Below, piece after piece: positions 48,801 to 60,546 of a stretch of DNA of 64,000 bases (positions are counted from its first letter, which is position 1; each line of letters starts with the position of its first letter). The position numbers and the translations under genes are program-made. The stretch comes from Amoebophrya sp. A120 (taxonomy: Eukaryota > Protista > Dinoflagellata). The notes under the pieces were generated by a model. The model was not told the origin of the DNA. It searched no databases and saw only the letters and a list, made by a program, of their open reading frames with translations. Where the stretch lies: the NCBI GenBank assembly GCA_905178155.1, contig CAJINV010000022.1:124001-188000 (forward strand). The letters are read 5' to 3'.

Positions 48801-51800
48801 CTTGACTTGCTTGAGAGGCACAGCTGGCGCGCCACGAGTGAGATGCGTCATCCCAACCGCCCAGCGAGTTGCGTCTTTAAGTTGCCGCACCACACGCAGA
48901 TGCGCGCTGCGGGATCGCGCCAGCTGTGGCACTGCGCAAGGCCTGCGACCACCTCTAACACGACAATCAGTCTTGTTTTTGCGCAACCTAACACGCGCAA
49001 CTCGATCCACTATCGCGCGGAGAAGGGGCAGCTGGTGCCGGCAAATACGCCCGAAAATGAAAAGTTTTTTTGCCCAAACAACGAAAAAACTTCTCTGTTT
49101 AGGTTGACCCCTTTTGCATTTTGCACGTTCATAGCAGCACATGATGACAACTACAGAGCGGAAACAAGACCTGCTCCTGTAACGGGAGCACTACAGCCCC
49201 CTGATTATAGAGACGCTCACGCAAGCAGCAGCAGCGGTGCAGTGTGTGAAAAAGATCCATCCCGCGTTTCGACCACTGCGCCGCACCAAGAAGCTGCTGT
49301 CCAACAACGGAGCAGAGCCAGCGTTGTAGCTGCAGAGCAACCTCATTTGGTGACGCAGGTTGTAGCGAGCCGACCACAAACTCTTGACCCGCCACCGCCT
49401 CCGGCGGCACCGGCACCGCACCTCCAGGGAGAGCCCGGGGCTGTTGAACGTGTTGTTGCGCCCGCCCGGACAGTCGAACAGCGACAGCAGGACGCACGCG
49501 ACAGGCTGGAAACATTGGCGCAGGCGACGATTCCTGACTTTTTCCGTCTGTTAGAAGCCGCCGCCGCCGACGGCCTGATAACCCACGAGCAAAAGCAGTC
49601 ACGCGTGAAAGATTTAGAAGGAAGGCTAAAGCACGTTCGCACATGGCGGTCTCACCACGAAGACCCGGAGAAGCTAATGGTCCAAATTGCCAGGTTGAGG
49701 AGGCCGCCATCCTACATCCACGACATCCTGGACACCGAAGAAGATATTGGGCGAGGCGCGCTACTGCAAGTAAAATATTGGACGGGCTACATTGCATGGA
49801 AGCGCGGTCGCCCCCGCGGGCCCGACGTAGAGGACAGTGCGATCATCAGTCTGGGGCATGACATAGTGCTGCAGAACCAAATTTTGAACGTTCTGCGAGA
49901 CGAAGTGCCAGCAGTTGTGCCTCTGACGCACTCGGAGCGAGAATTTCGTCTTTTCTGGGACGAGCGACAGCATCATCTCGACCAGGGTCGATTTACCCCA
50001 GCGACAACTGACGACCAGCTCCGTCGGCAGCTAAGGCAGCTAATAGGTGGCTCTGAACTAGATGTTCAGAACATCCTCGCGGAGCACCTCAGGCGGCAAA
50101 GGGGCCTACAAGACAAACTGGTTCTCATTCTACTAGAGCGGCCAACCGCGCTACGTGTACTGGATGAAAGAGCAACAGAACAACCGATGTACATGAACGC
50201 CCTGCACGCCGTTCTGGAGCGTGACCTCGCAGCTCAAGCCGCAGCCGCGACACAGGAATCTACACAGGAGGAATCACAGGCCGCAGAAGAACAACCTTTG
50301 GTAACTACGCAGGTTGTGGCGGACCGACCGCAACAAACACCTGAGGACCCGCCACCCCCGTTGGGTGCACCAGCAGCGCCGCCCCAGGAACAACAATCGG
50401 GGGCAAGTGTTGTTTCCTCGGCGCCAGGCGGGCCGATGACGCCACAGTTCGGTGCAGCTGGGACATCAAGTGCAAGACAAGTAGGAGAACTCAATGCAGA
50501 ACCTCCTGAAGAGGAGCAACCTCCGCCTCCTTTTGAGGCCCTAGAAAACCGAGCGGCTCCTGGATTAGGGGAAGATGAGGTTGGGGCGTCGAGGTCCACC
50601 TCCACCACCCCCTACGACTTAGAGAGAGAGGAACGACGACAGCAGGAGGCACGCTCGAGGCTGCAGGAATTGATGCAGACGACCATACCTGGCTGTATCC
50701 GTCTGGCAGCAGCCGCCGCCACCGACGGCTTGATAGGTGACGAGCAAAAGCAGAACAGTGCGAAATATTTCGAAGACAGTCTCGCGATCGTTCGCAGATT
50801 TCATGAAGAGTTCGCAGACCACCTCCACCCGGAAGCGGACCCCCGAAGCAAGACCATCCGGGAGTTACTGGACCGGGAAGAACAGACGGTGCGAGACGGG
50901 GTGGTAGAGTTTATAAGAGTATGGACAGATCACATAGTGGAGTGGCGACGCCGCGTACGCGAGGCAAAAATGCACGCCTCTGTTGTACAGCCCGCTGCAG
51001 GAGGTTCCTCTTCTGAGACAGGAGCAAGAACTGCAATTGTGGAACTTCTACCTGTGGACGAGGACAGCACGAGTCTAGGGCACGACGTCATGCTGCAGAA
51101 CCAACTTTTGGAGATTCTGCGATACCAAGTGCCACCATCTCGGTATCGCAACATGCGGTCAGAGCAAGAATTCCGTCGGCTCTGGGACGAGCGAGAGCAG
51201 CTTTGCGACCAGGGTCGAGCCACCCGCGCGATAGATGAGACCAATCTGCGTAGGCAGCTGCGAGCTCCAGTAGATGAACACAACACTGCAGAACACCTCA
51301 GGCGGCAAAGGGACCTACAAGACCAAATTTCTTTCCTTCTGCTGCACCGGCCACATGCGCTGGTCGTACTGGCGACAAGAGGAACAGAAATACCGACGTA
51401 CATGAACACCGTGGACGCCATTCTGGACCGACGTTGGCTCGCGGCCCAACGCGCAGGCACGACACAGGGATCCCAGGCCGCTGCTGCATCAGCGGCCGCC
51501 CCGTCGGCTGGCGGGATGCTGCTCTGCAGGAGAATCGTCCTCTTCTGCATCTTCAGTGCGAGCTCTGATGAAGACGAGGACGGCAAAGCAAAGCTGAAGA
51601 CGCAGTTGTCTGGCGCTCGTGCAATTGACATTGAAGTAGAAAAAAAAATAAAGATGGTAGAAAGCCTGCCCGTAGGTGAGGAAACAGCAACGAACTTGAT
51701 ACAGCAGATTAATCTCCGGGGGAGACAAATGCGGCATATTGATCTGGACCTCAGAAAGGATAAATATCAAAGACCCGGAGAAACTGTTGACACGTTTTTC

Positions 51801-54800
51801 TTTGGACTACTGGAAATCGGACGACTTGACGCCGAATATCAAAAGCTGCGGGACCTGGCTTCGAGCGAAAAATACAAGGTTTACATTTCCGACGACAACC
51901 TCGACGCCGACCCGCGGACGGTCACTGCTGAAGAAAATGGCATTGGCATTCACCCTGCTAACCTCGCTATGCCAGAAAAAAACCGTGTGAGTGTAAGTCT
52001 GTAGTGCGAAGTATGCAGGGGGCTGGGCGGACAGTTACACTTGTCATTCTGGCCAGCCATACACATACCAGCGCCCTCGCTTCATTCGTGTTCTCCTTCT
52101 CGCGTACTCACCGTGCATGAGAGGAATTCTCTGTCATGCAGAGCAGATAATAATTTGTCATGCTCATGTTGTTGATGTCTATGGCACGACCCCGAGGCAC
52201 CTATAAATGATACTACGATTTCTAGCACAGTGGTTTATTTTTTCTTGTATACTCGCGCAGGCCAGGTGTCTACTGATGTCGATGTGGATTGGAAAGGTTC
52301 TACCAACCGAGCAGGCGGGCGCAGGGTCAAGAACAAGAACTGGCGATTCATCTTCAAGCGCAGCAGGACCAACTGACGCATCAGCGACGGAAGATGATAT
52401 TAGAACCATCGGCAGCTGCTCAAGCGATGACGACGGACCGGATGACGACAGCACTGACGTCAGCACACCGGAATTGTTGAAAAAACAGATTATTCAACTG
52501 GGGAAAGAAATGCGGCTCGTTGATATGAAGATCGGCGACCTTGCGGCAGATGTGAACGAGAAACAGATGAGAAAGGTAGAAGAAAAAATTGAAGAGAGAA
52601 AAGATGGGACGAGATGGAGTCCGAACTATATGTGGAAGCTCGTGAAGGCACAAAGAGAGTTCTCAGTACAGCTATTGGAACTTGCAAAGCGCGACCGCAA
52701 GTACCAAAAGCTGCGGGACCTGGCTGCAAGCGGAACATACAACATTCCTGACGACGACCTCGACGATGACCCGCGGAAGTCTGATGCTTCGATATTTTCG
52801 CGGATTCATTTTCTCGCGAATGCGAGGGCCGCCTACGGGGAAGTGACCGGAATTGCCTCACGACCAACCGAGCAGGCGAGCGCAGAGTCAAGAACTGGCG
52901 CTTCCTCAACTGCAGCACCAGGACGGCCTGCCGCATCTTCAGCGACGAATGCAGCTGCTCCTGGAGCAGGGGAAGATGTTGAACTACGTGTAACGTCCAG
53001 CACGTCACCAGGCCCTACAGTCGAACAGAAACAACGACGGCAGAAGGCACGCGACAGGCTGGAAACATTGTCGCAGGCGACCATGCCGGACTTTATTCGT
53101 CTGGCAGAAGCCGCCGCTGCCGACGGCCTAATAACCACCGAGTATCAAATGCAAGTATATCTGGGTCGTCTGGATGAAACTTATGATGCAAACCAGGAAA
53201 AAATAACGGACGCGCTGTAAAAATATTACGCGGCCATGCATGACATAGGTTTTGAGCAGCTACGTGTTGCGTATTTCGCATGGCAGAATGCGCAGATTTT
53301 GCATGAGACAAGGACGATCTGTCAGTTTGCAGCTACGAATGACAGAGTTCCGAGTCATGTCAGAGTCAGACGAGCATGACAAAAATAAATCTTGCAATGT
53401 TCCAGACCCAGACATATTTGCAATTGATACTGAGCAAAAGCGCACGTTTGTGGAGTATTTGGAACAACAACTCGCGAACTTTCGCAGAGCGCATCAAGTG
53501 TGGGAATTCTCGGAAGCAACACTGTCACGAGCCGATTTCGAGGACATCCTGGACCAGGAAGAAAAGGCTGTGCGGCGGACGGTGCTACAGGGGATAAAAC
53601 AATGGACGGAGCTCATAATGGTGCAGCGAATCAAGATCCACCAAGCACACGAAGCAGCACTTCCGCGCTCTTCTCTCGCACAGCCCGCACCAGCAGGGGC
53701 TTCCTCTTCTGATACAGGAGCAACTGCAGTTGCGGCACCGGCGGCGGAGGACAGTGCGAGTCTGGGGCATGACGTAGTGCTGCAGAATCAAATTTTGAAC
53801 GTTCTGCGAGAACAAGTGCCACCAGCTCTGCCTCTAACGCAGTCGGAGCAAGAATTCCGTCGTCTCTGGGACGAGCGAGAGCGTCTTTGCGACCAGGGCC
53901 GAGCAAGCCGTGCGACAACTGATAACGACATGCGGAGCTGGCAACTAACAGGCTTACTAGAAGATGATCACAGCACGACCGCGCCGGATGAACAACACCT
54001 CAGGCGACAGAGAGACCTGCAAGACCAGATGGTGTTGCGTCTACTATGGCGGCCAAATGCCCTGGATGTACTGGACGAAAGATCAACAACAGAGCTACCG
54101 ATGTGCCAGCACACCCTGTTTGCCATTCGGGTCCGTTCCCCCGCGGCCGTGCAGCAGGTGCAGGCACAGCAGCCTGCAAGCGCAGGATCAAGAGCGGGCG
54201 CTTCCTCGAGTGCAGCAGGACCACCTGCCGCATCAGCGACGGAGGCTAGTAGGAAGACTCGCCCAGCACAGGAGGAAGAGGAAGACGTAAATCTACTTCA
54301 CCAAGGAAGTGGTGGTGAATCTAGTAGTACCTTCTCTTCACCGCCACGCCAGGGTAGACAACTACCACCGGGGGATCCTGTTTCTTCGGCGCCAGATCAT
54401 GCTGGGCCGATGACGCCACAGTTCGGTCGTGCAGCGGGGGAAAGAAGAACAAGCGCAAGTTCATCTTCACAGCCTCGAGATGAACTACCGCCTCATGATG
54501 CTTCGTCGGGGGCACGGGCAGCAGGCGGTGGTACAATTTCTGCCGGAGGAATTGAGGCCGGTGCCGGAGATGAAAACACTGCAGCAGGAGCTCCTGCTGC
54601 TCTGGGTCTGGTTCCGTCGTCCTCAACTACTGCTCCTGGTGCTTCGGGTCCAGAACCAGAAGAACTACCTCAGCCTGGTCGACTACGATCACTGGTTCTA
54701 GGACCACCGAAAGTGGACCAGCATGATGTCGACCACCAGGGCCAGCAAATAAAGCAGCACCGCGGAGGCTTGTATTCGTTGGCTGGGCCGATGACGCCAC

Positions 54801-57800
54801 AGTTCGGGCGCGCAGCGGCGGGAAGAATAAGCGCAACTTCATCTTCACAGCCTGCTCGAGATGAACTACCGCCTGATGCTTTATCGGGGGTTGCAGGCGG
54901 TGGATCTTCTACTTCGAGAGCAGATGGCGCAGGAGCGCACCAGAACATCAACCCTAGTGCCACTGCTACTGCTGCTCCGCCGCAGTCGCTACTGCAACAA
55001 GGCGGGCTTCGGGCTGCGCTCACTGCGTCGCCGGTCATCGAAGGCACGCCAGCGCCGCCGTACCGAGAAGAGCAACTTAGAGGAGGAGCAATAGCCCCCT
55101 CTTTGCAGGAAGAAGGTCTCGGTCTGCTCTCGCACCCACCTTATAGTTCCGCAACAGCAATACGCGAAGGAGTTGTTATAATAGATGAAGGCCCAGGTGG
55201 TACTAGTAGCTCGTTGTTCATCCCGTCTGGGCATGGTTCTGCAGGAGCTCTGGCAGCCAGTGCCGCGACGTTTTACCCAGAGCCAACGTTTTACCCAGAG
55301 CCACCATATCCCACTTCTAGGGACGGTCTTGATCCTCAACCGCTTTATTCCTCCGACCGCCCGCAGCTGTATCATGGCGCCCGGGTAGACCTAGATGACC
55401 CTACCCACCCCATCAACCAACCATTAGATCCAGAGCCCGCGCGGGGACGAGGCGTAGTTCAAATCGCCCGTTCCCGCGGTAGCAGCGTGGACTCGATGCA
55501 GGAATTACATGGCGGCAACTATAGCGGGATTAAGACCGCGGATTACACGTCGTCCACAGTGTCGCCGGCGACTGCGGGCGGAATTGTTTCGCCGTCTACG
55601 GTATCGCCACTATCAAGCGCAAATATGATGTTAGTCATCCAGAGCCAGTTTGGTTTTGAAAGATGAAGGGGTTGTTGAGTATTATAAGTTCTGTGTGATC
55701 TTGCTGTTTCGCCTTTGGCTTTGCATCATTCGAAGCGAGGAACACCGACCGCACTTTGATTTTTACCGACTGGGACTGGTGCTCTGGTATTACTAACATC
55801 CTACTTGCCGAGTGCATACCCATCCACTGTTGTGATAGGAGACGTCGACGCTAGGGGAAGGAGTCCTTCTCCCGAGGACGCACGACCGCTGGAGGTTCTT
55901 CTCGACCCGCACGACACAGGACAAGAACCACAGCACCAACAACCCCCACCCGCACGACCTGCTCTTTTAGCTGGTCAGCAGCACCAGCGCCATCAATTCT
56001 CCCCACATGCTGCAGAATTTCGTCCGGGGATGGTTTCTCATGGGGCGGTGGCAGCCCCGCAGGAGCAAACACCCCAAGGAGAACTACATGTAGGACAACT
56101 AGTGCAGCCACCTGCAGCAGGTGGGAGTACTCCAGCGATGGCTCTGCAGCCAATACTAGGCAACATGTCCAATGCAACAGCCTCCGACTACCATCAATAT
56201 GCAGCCCCGAACTACGTCTATCCGAGCCCGTATCCAGGTTCTTGGGGCTCGCCGTTGAGTGCAGCTGGAACGAGCTTTTATCCCCAGCAGGAGCTGCAGG
56301 AGCAGCAGCTGCAGCAAGAAGCACTACAATACTTTGCAGCTCCCGAGCTGCAACAACTACAACACGAGACAGGCACTGCTTATTCCCCAATGATGTTCTC
56401 ACCTATGGTCCCGCCGCCGCAGGGAGGTTACAATCAAGGTCATCAAGCTGCTCAAGCCGCAGGACATCTTCAACTAGGTCAGCAACAAATGCAGCAGCAA
56501 ATGCAGCAGCAGCAAATGGTGCAGCAGCCGCCCATCATGGGTTTCATGCAGCCGATGATGAGTCAGAGTCCGATGTCTACTTTCAATGTTGTGCAGCCTA
56601 TGATGCAGCAGCAGCAGCACCTTTACCAGCCACAGATGCAGATGCCTCAACCGCAGCAGGTTGCTGCACCGACGCAGATGCAGCAGCACCAGCAGGTTGT
56701 TTTTCCGGAAGCTGGTGCTACGTCAACACCGATGCACTCTCAGCAGCAAGAAGGCATTCGCCAAGGCCAACAAACGGCTGCGACTGATGAGTCACAGCTT
56801 GCTTCTGCTATGAGCGTGCACAACACCCCCTCATTTCAGGGACATGAACATGTCATCTAGCAACACAACTACTAACAACCTGCGAGGAGATGTGCTGTAG
56901 CTTTCGAATGACAGATGATCCACACCCAGGCTTTATTTGTACAGTTTGGGCTTCCAGAACTTGTCATGCAATGCCCAGATAGGATTTAGATTTTGCATTT
57001 TGGATGTGGAGTCGTGAGCAGGAACAGGATGAGAGGGAGTTGTGCACTTTCATACCGGGTGGTGCTGCGCCCCCGCCAAACCGCGAGCGCGCCAACCCCA
57101 ACGTTTGGAAGGGAGTCCCCGCGCAAATATCGTTACTGGCCGCGGGATATCTTGTGCAAAAGTATCGTAGTCATATAAATGCAAGACTTGCATTACAAAT
57201 CCTTTTCGTAGGGTAAATTCGCATTACAAATTTCATTTCTCATGCTGAGGGAATTTGTCATGCATTTATACGAGTGCGATACTTTTGCAGTTCATACGGG
57301 AGCCGCCGCCAGCGGAGGCAAGGAAGCACAAGGCCGGTTTCCAAGGACGCCTAAATTTGGAAAACGAGGTGACTCGTCGAAGAAGACCACCAGCGGTCCA
57401 GTAGATTCGGACGACGAGCAGAGCCCCGCCGCGAGTAGCTCAACGTTTGCCCGCGTTCCAGAGGACCCATCTTCTCCTTCTTCTTCGCCAAACAGGCCGA
57501 TTGCAGAGCAGCGCAGATCGTCTCCCCAACGCCAAATAGAGCAGGTTGAGGAGTTTGAGTTTCCGACCCGCGGCCGAGGTGGAGGTGGTCTGTTCGGGTT
57601 CCTGCATGATAGAGGTCGCGTAGAAGCGACCCAGGATCCTACCCAAGCGACTGGCTCTGGGACACTTCATGGCGTTGGAGGAGGTGCTAGTAGCTCTTCG
57701 TCGGCCCTTCCTATAGCCGGTGTACAGGCGGAGCAAGAGCAACAGCGAGAAGAACAAGAACGCCCGCACGAGAACCAGGAGACGCAACGCCTGCTGGAAC

Positions 57801-58499
57801 GAGTGCTGCAGAGCCAGGACGATTACAGAGAAAGCAATTTCCCTGGTTTCCTAGAAGCCGGTCGCGAAAGAAAACGAGAAATATTGAGACAATTCGAGTC
57901 ACATCTATGAAAGCCTCAGGTTGGAAATCCTCAAAGTGAAAATAATTTGTAATGCAAAAAAACGACTCCAGTTGGAGCACCGTTTCTAGTCGGCGCATGA
58001 CAAATTTTCCGGGCACTCAAAACGTGTCTGTCATGCTAGTTAGGCAAAGGGGTGCCCTTCTCTCATGCTAATCAGCAGCCTAATTCTGAACCCGTAGAAG
58101 CACAATAGTCGGCCTCCATTGCGTTCTCTGCAATACAGTCTTTTTGGTGCCGCATTTCATGCGTCACAAATTATTTCCACGTTGAGGATTTCCATTCTGA
58201 GGGTGTCATAACATCTCCGAGGCACTGGCATGCTCCGGAAGGTTTTACAAGCCCAGAGGAATAAGGAGGCGCATCAGCAGCGAGAGCAGCGAGAACGAGA
58301 AGTTAACTTGAGTGCAGCACGAACGAGAACTGACGAGCGAGTGCAACGAGAAATCGTGGAAAGACAAAGAGCAAAGCAGCGGAGGAGTCTGAGTGTGGGT
58401 GCGGAGCCTAGGTCTACTGCGCTGGGGCGAGGAGAGCACGAGGAAGAAGAACCCGCGGCCGAGGTCGTCGAATCTGATGCGGAAACGTATTGGAAATGA
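36813..58499 (+). CDS. Giant lineage-specific protein (~5,240 aa if all 20 introners are spliced), with internal helical repeats
   Basis: Twenty successive element removals each land in the frame of the next ORF (21,687 - 5,973 = 15,714 nt). Weakest joins are at 38399, 41050, 55624 and 56809. Confidence 0.65.
37574..37719. mobile_element. Introner family A (reverse orientation)
   Basis: TSD CTACA/CTACA. Confidence 0.92.
37775..37938. mobile_element. Introner family G (ACA end)
   Basis: TSD CGTCC/CGTCC; TATCAAACAAAAAAGTGTTAAC...GTTAACACTTTTTCCTGTGACA. Confidence 0.9.
38399..38616. mobile_element. Degenerate introner
   Basis: TAT...GATA; flanks GTGGG/CTGAT; GCATGACAG inside; element+5 keeps frame. 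Confidence 0.5.
39643..39792. mobile_element. Introner family A
   Basis: TSD TGCAC/TGCAC. Confidence 0.92.
39867..40126. mobile_element. Introner family B
   Basis: TSD GAACA/GAACA. Confidence 0.92.
40672..40933. mobile_element. Introner family B
   Basis: TSD CGAAC/CGAAC. Confidence 0.92.
41050..41309. mobile_element. Introner family B between duplicated exons
   Basis: Family B TIRs, ends GCATC; no 5-bp TSD; flanked by a ~110-bp duplication. Confidence 0.8.
42330..42582. mobile_element. Introner family B (in-frame, stop-free)
   Basis: TSD ATGCT/ATGCT; perfect TIR TATCAAATGCAAAAGTGTCTGGGTCTGGAA. Confidence 0.93.
42626..42861. mobile_element. Introner family H (opposite orientation to 782)
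   Basis: TSD GTTTG/GTTTG; TIR shared with 782-1026. Confidence 0.92.
44222..44529. mobile_element. Introner, singleton
   Basis: TATCATGGAGAAAA...TTTTCTCGATGATA; flanks TCGCT/ACGCC; frame restored. Confidence 0.75.
46214..46536. mobile_element. Introner family D
   Basis: TSD GGGCA/GGGCA. Confidence 0.92.
46819..46971. mobile_element. Introner family A (reverse orientation)
   Basis: TSD GTAGT/GTAGT. Confidence 0.92.
47367..47684. mobile_element. Degenerate introner, singleton
   Basis: TAT...CATA; TSD CACCG/CACTG; frame restored; TIR weak. Confidence 0.65.
47761..49133. mobile_element. 1.37-kb foldback (palindromic) element within coding sequence, 8-bp TSD
   Basis: TSD GCAGCACA twice; ~120-bp TIR starting TATGAACGTGCAAAATGCAAAAGGGGTCAACCTAAACAGAGAAG; symmetry axis at ~48447; removal gives VEAAHDDNY. 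Confidence 0.93.
51968..52251. mobile_element. Introner, singleton
   Basis: TSD CTCGC/CTCGC; TATGCCAGAAAAAAACC...GGTTTATTTTTTCTTGTATA. Confidence 0.85.
53143..53429. mobile_element. Introner family B
   Basis: TSD CCGAG/CTGAG; removal gives GLITTEQK, matching the uninterrupted repeat GLITHEQK. Confidence 0.92.
55624..55803. mobile_element. TIR intron without apparent TSD
   Basis: TATGATGTTAGTCATCCAGAGC pairs with GCTCTGGTATTACTAACATCCTA; 180-nt removal keeps frame. Confidence 0.65.
56809..57054. mobile_element. Introner family E
   Basis: TIR TATGAGCGTGCACAACACCCCCTCAT; flanks TCTGC/CCGGG diverged; element+5 keeps frame. Confidence 0.8.
57148..57296. mobile_element. Introner family A
   Basis: TSD CGGGA/CGGGA. 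Confidence 0.92.
57906..58210. mobile_element. Introner family D-like
   Basis: TSD ACATC/ACATC; TIR TATGAAAGCCTCAGGTTGGAAATCCTCAA. Confidence 0.9.
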
Positions 58500-60546
58500 A
58501 CTCTGTCGAGCGGACTGGCGTAATCTGGCAGGATGGAGCCAGTCGTGAACTCCGAAGTCGAGCGGTGTCTTCACGACCGAACGTTTTTATACAACAGAGA
58601 AAGCATGCATCATTCTTAAGCGAGCGACTTTTTTACGGCTGTAATATTGTCCACCGAGAAAGAACATATAACGCGAGAGCCAAAACTGTGCTCCCTTTCG
58701 GGGCAGATAGAGATTTTTACGATAACAGCGACACTAGCATGTGTTGCCTAGCAAAACAAGAGCGACCACCTTGTCACTGAACAGGTTTTGTCGGTGACGT
58801 ACTTTTGATGACTTCATCTAGAGCTAGCATACCATTGAATACAAACGAGGAACGTGTAAAGCGTTAGCGCGACGCTTGTCGCTTCCACAAGAGGCGGACA
58901 AGGCGCAAACGGCTTTTGAGATAAAAAAATGCAATTGAGGATATGAGATGAGACTTGTAAACCAGAACTAGCTACAATTTGTATAATTTATCTTCTACGA
59001 TTTTCATGCAGCAGCACGCGGCACTTCGCTCGTGTGTGATGCAACCACCGGCGGCATAAAGCACTTTTGCAGTAGCAGTGCCACCGTGTGTGTTTTCTTC
59101 TATTCATGTACTTTATGAAAAGAAGGACAGACGCTAATTTTTCGAACACAATTCAATGAGGCTACGTGGCCTCATCGGGCTTGAACTGGACACCGCAACG
59201 GTGCAGCTTTTGCAAAGACTTTGGGCAAGACTAGAAACAAGGCAACACCAACAGATTTGTTTCACTGAGGAAAGAAGTAGAAGGAGAAAAAGGAGCAGTA
59301 GAAAAAGCAGAAATCGAGGCTCTTCTACTGCACAGCACAACAATAGCAGATCGCGATTTTTCGTCAAAATCGCAACCGTGTTGCGTTGTTAGGAGGTCTT
59401 GCGGCGACGCTGCAAATTGAAAATTTTCTTGATCTCTACAGCACAAGAATGTCAAGATCGCGTGCTCGGCAACATGTTTACGTGAAATAAAGATGATGTC
59501 GTGCTGAGCGGCTAGAGTAAATTTGTGGAGCTAACACGCTCATCAAGAGCAGGATGGAGGATTGGGATACAACTTACTTACTGCTATATGTACCTCGATC
59601 ATGTGCCTGGATCGAAATCAATTGGTGAACCGATTAGCTTGATTGTATGTTTGAATTGGTGGTAGAACATTGTACCAGCTGCAAAGACACGCAAGGAGCG
59701 ACTTCTTTGAGCTACGATCTTCATCTTCAGTTCGATAATGTTGGTGGTCCCGGGAAAGAATAAAAATGTGAAATTTCACGGTGCAGTTGCCATCTTCGCA
59801 GCTGCTACAGATCATCGTCGATCTTTGGCGGATCATGAAATCGTCATCGTGATCGTGGTTGTAGTATGTGGAGTGATTACAGTGAGTTTGTTTCCCAAGT
59901 TACACAGAACAGGCTGACAGATATGTCACGAGGACCAGCATATGGTCCTATTATATGTTGCGTAGTGTCACCTTTAGGCTAACTGAAGCAAGTGTGTTTC
60001 TATATTGAAGTTTATCAAGAACACTGTGAAAGTCGTTTATCTAGTTCCTCGTTTACAGAAGTTATTTGATCTTCCTAGTACTGTAAGTGAATGAGAATGA
60101 TAGAGTCCTTGTTCGAGTTAGGAGCTGTGAAGCTGTCGCACATGATATGTCCACCAGCTCCTCCGAAATATTCTTCTCCACGTCTTTAGAAATTTAGGAT
60201 TACCCCGCAAGGAAAACACGTATTGGACGCACTATAGCTTCTAGCTTTACTACGTCTACAATTTACCCGCGTCGTAATGCCCACCTCCCAAGTGCTTGAC
60301 ATAGTCTCGATCTGGTCGTGTTGTGTCTTGTAAATCCAACCTTAAATGTCATATCATATTGTAGTTGAAGTACCTGAAGTTATATCACATCGACGCCTCG
60401 TGTAGGCGCGCGACCCGTTCTTCTATGAAAGGGAAATGCGACCACCTCTCCCACGGGATATGTTGTAAAACTAAAAGTACCACCACGTAATACCTAGGAC
60501 GATAGTGCCTTGTCGGTTTTGCATATTACAAGATACAAACGACAGT

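Larger units (their letters stand above)
49480..54140 (+). repeat. Three copies of a ~250-aa helical coding repeat plus two copies of a shorter repeat
   Basis: AR.RL..L.Q.T.P..IRL..AAA.DGLI..EQK / SLGHD..LQNQ.L..LR / EHLRRQR.LQD at ~49480, 50630 and 53030; YQKLRDLA.S...I.DD.LD.DPR at ~51835 and 52700. Confidence 0.9.

Noticed and set aside
48056-49133. ORFs inside the foldback, including the first ~135 aa of the 1091-aa ORF
   Set aside because: Mirror-image peptides on both strands come from the palindrome; host coding resumes at 49134.
12847-51631. Long minus-strand ORFs (e.g. 13127-13768, 41862-42476, 50930-51631)
   Set aside because: Antisense shadows of GC-rich + strand exons, with no recognisable domains.
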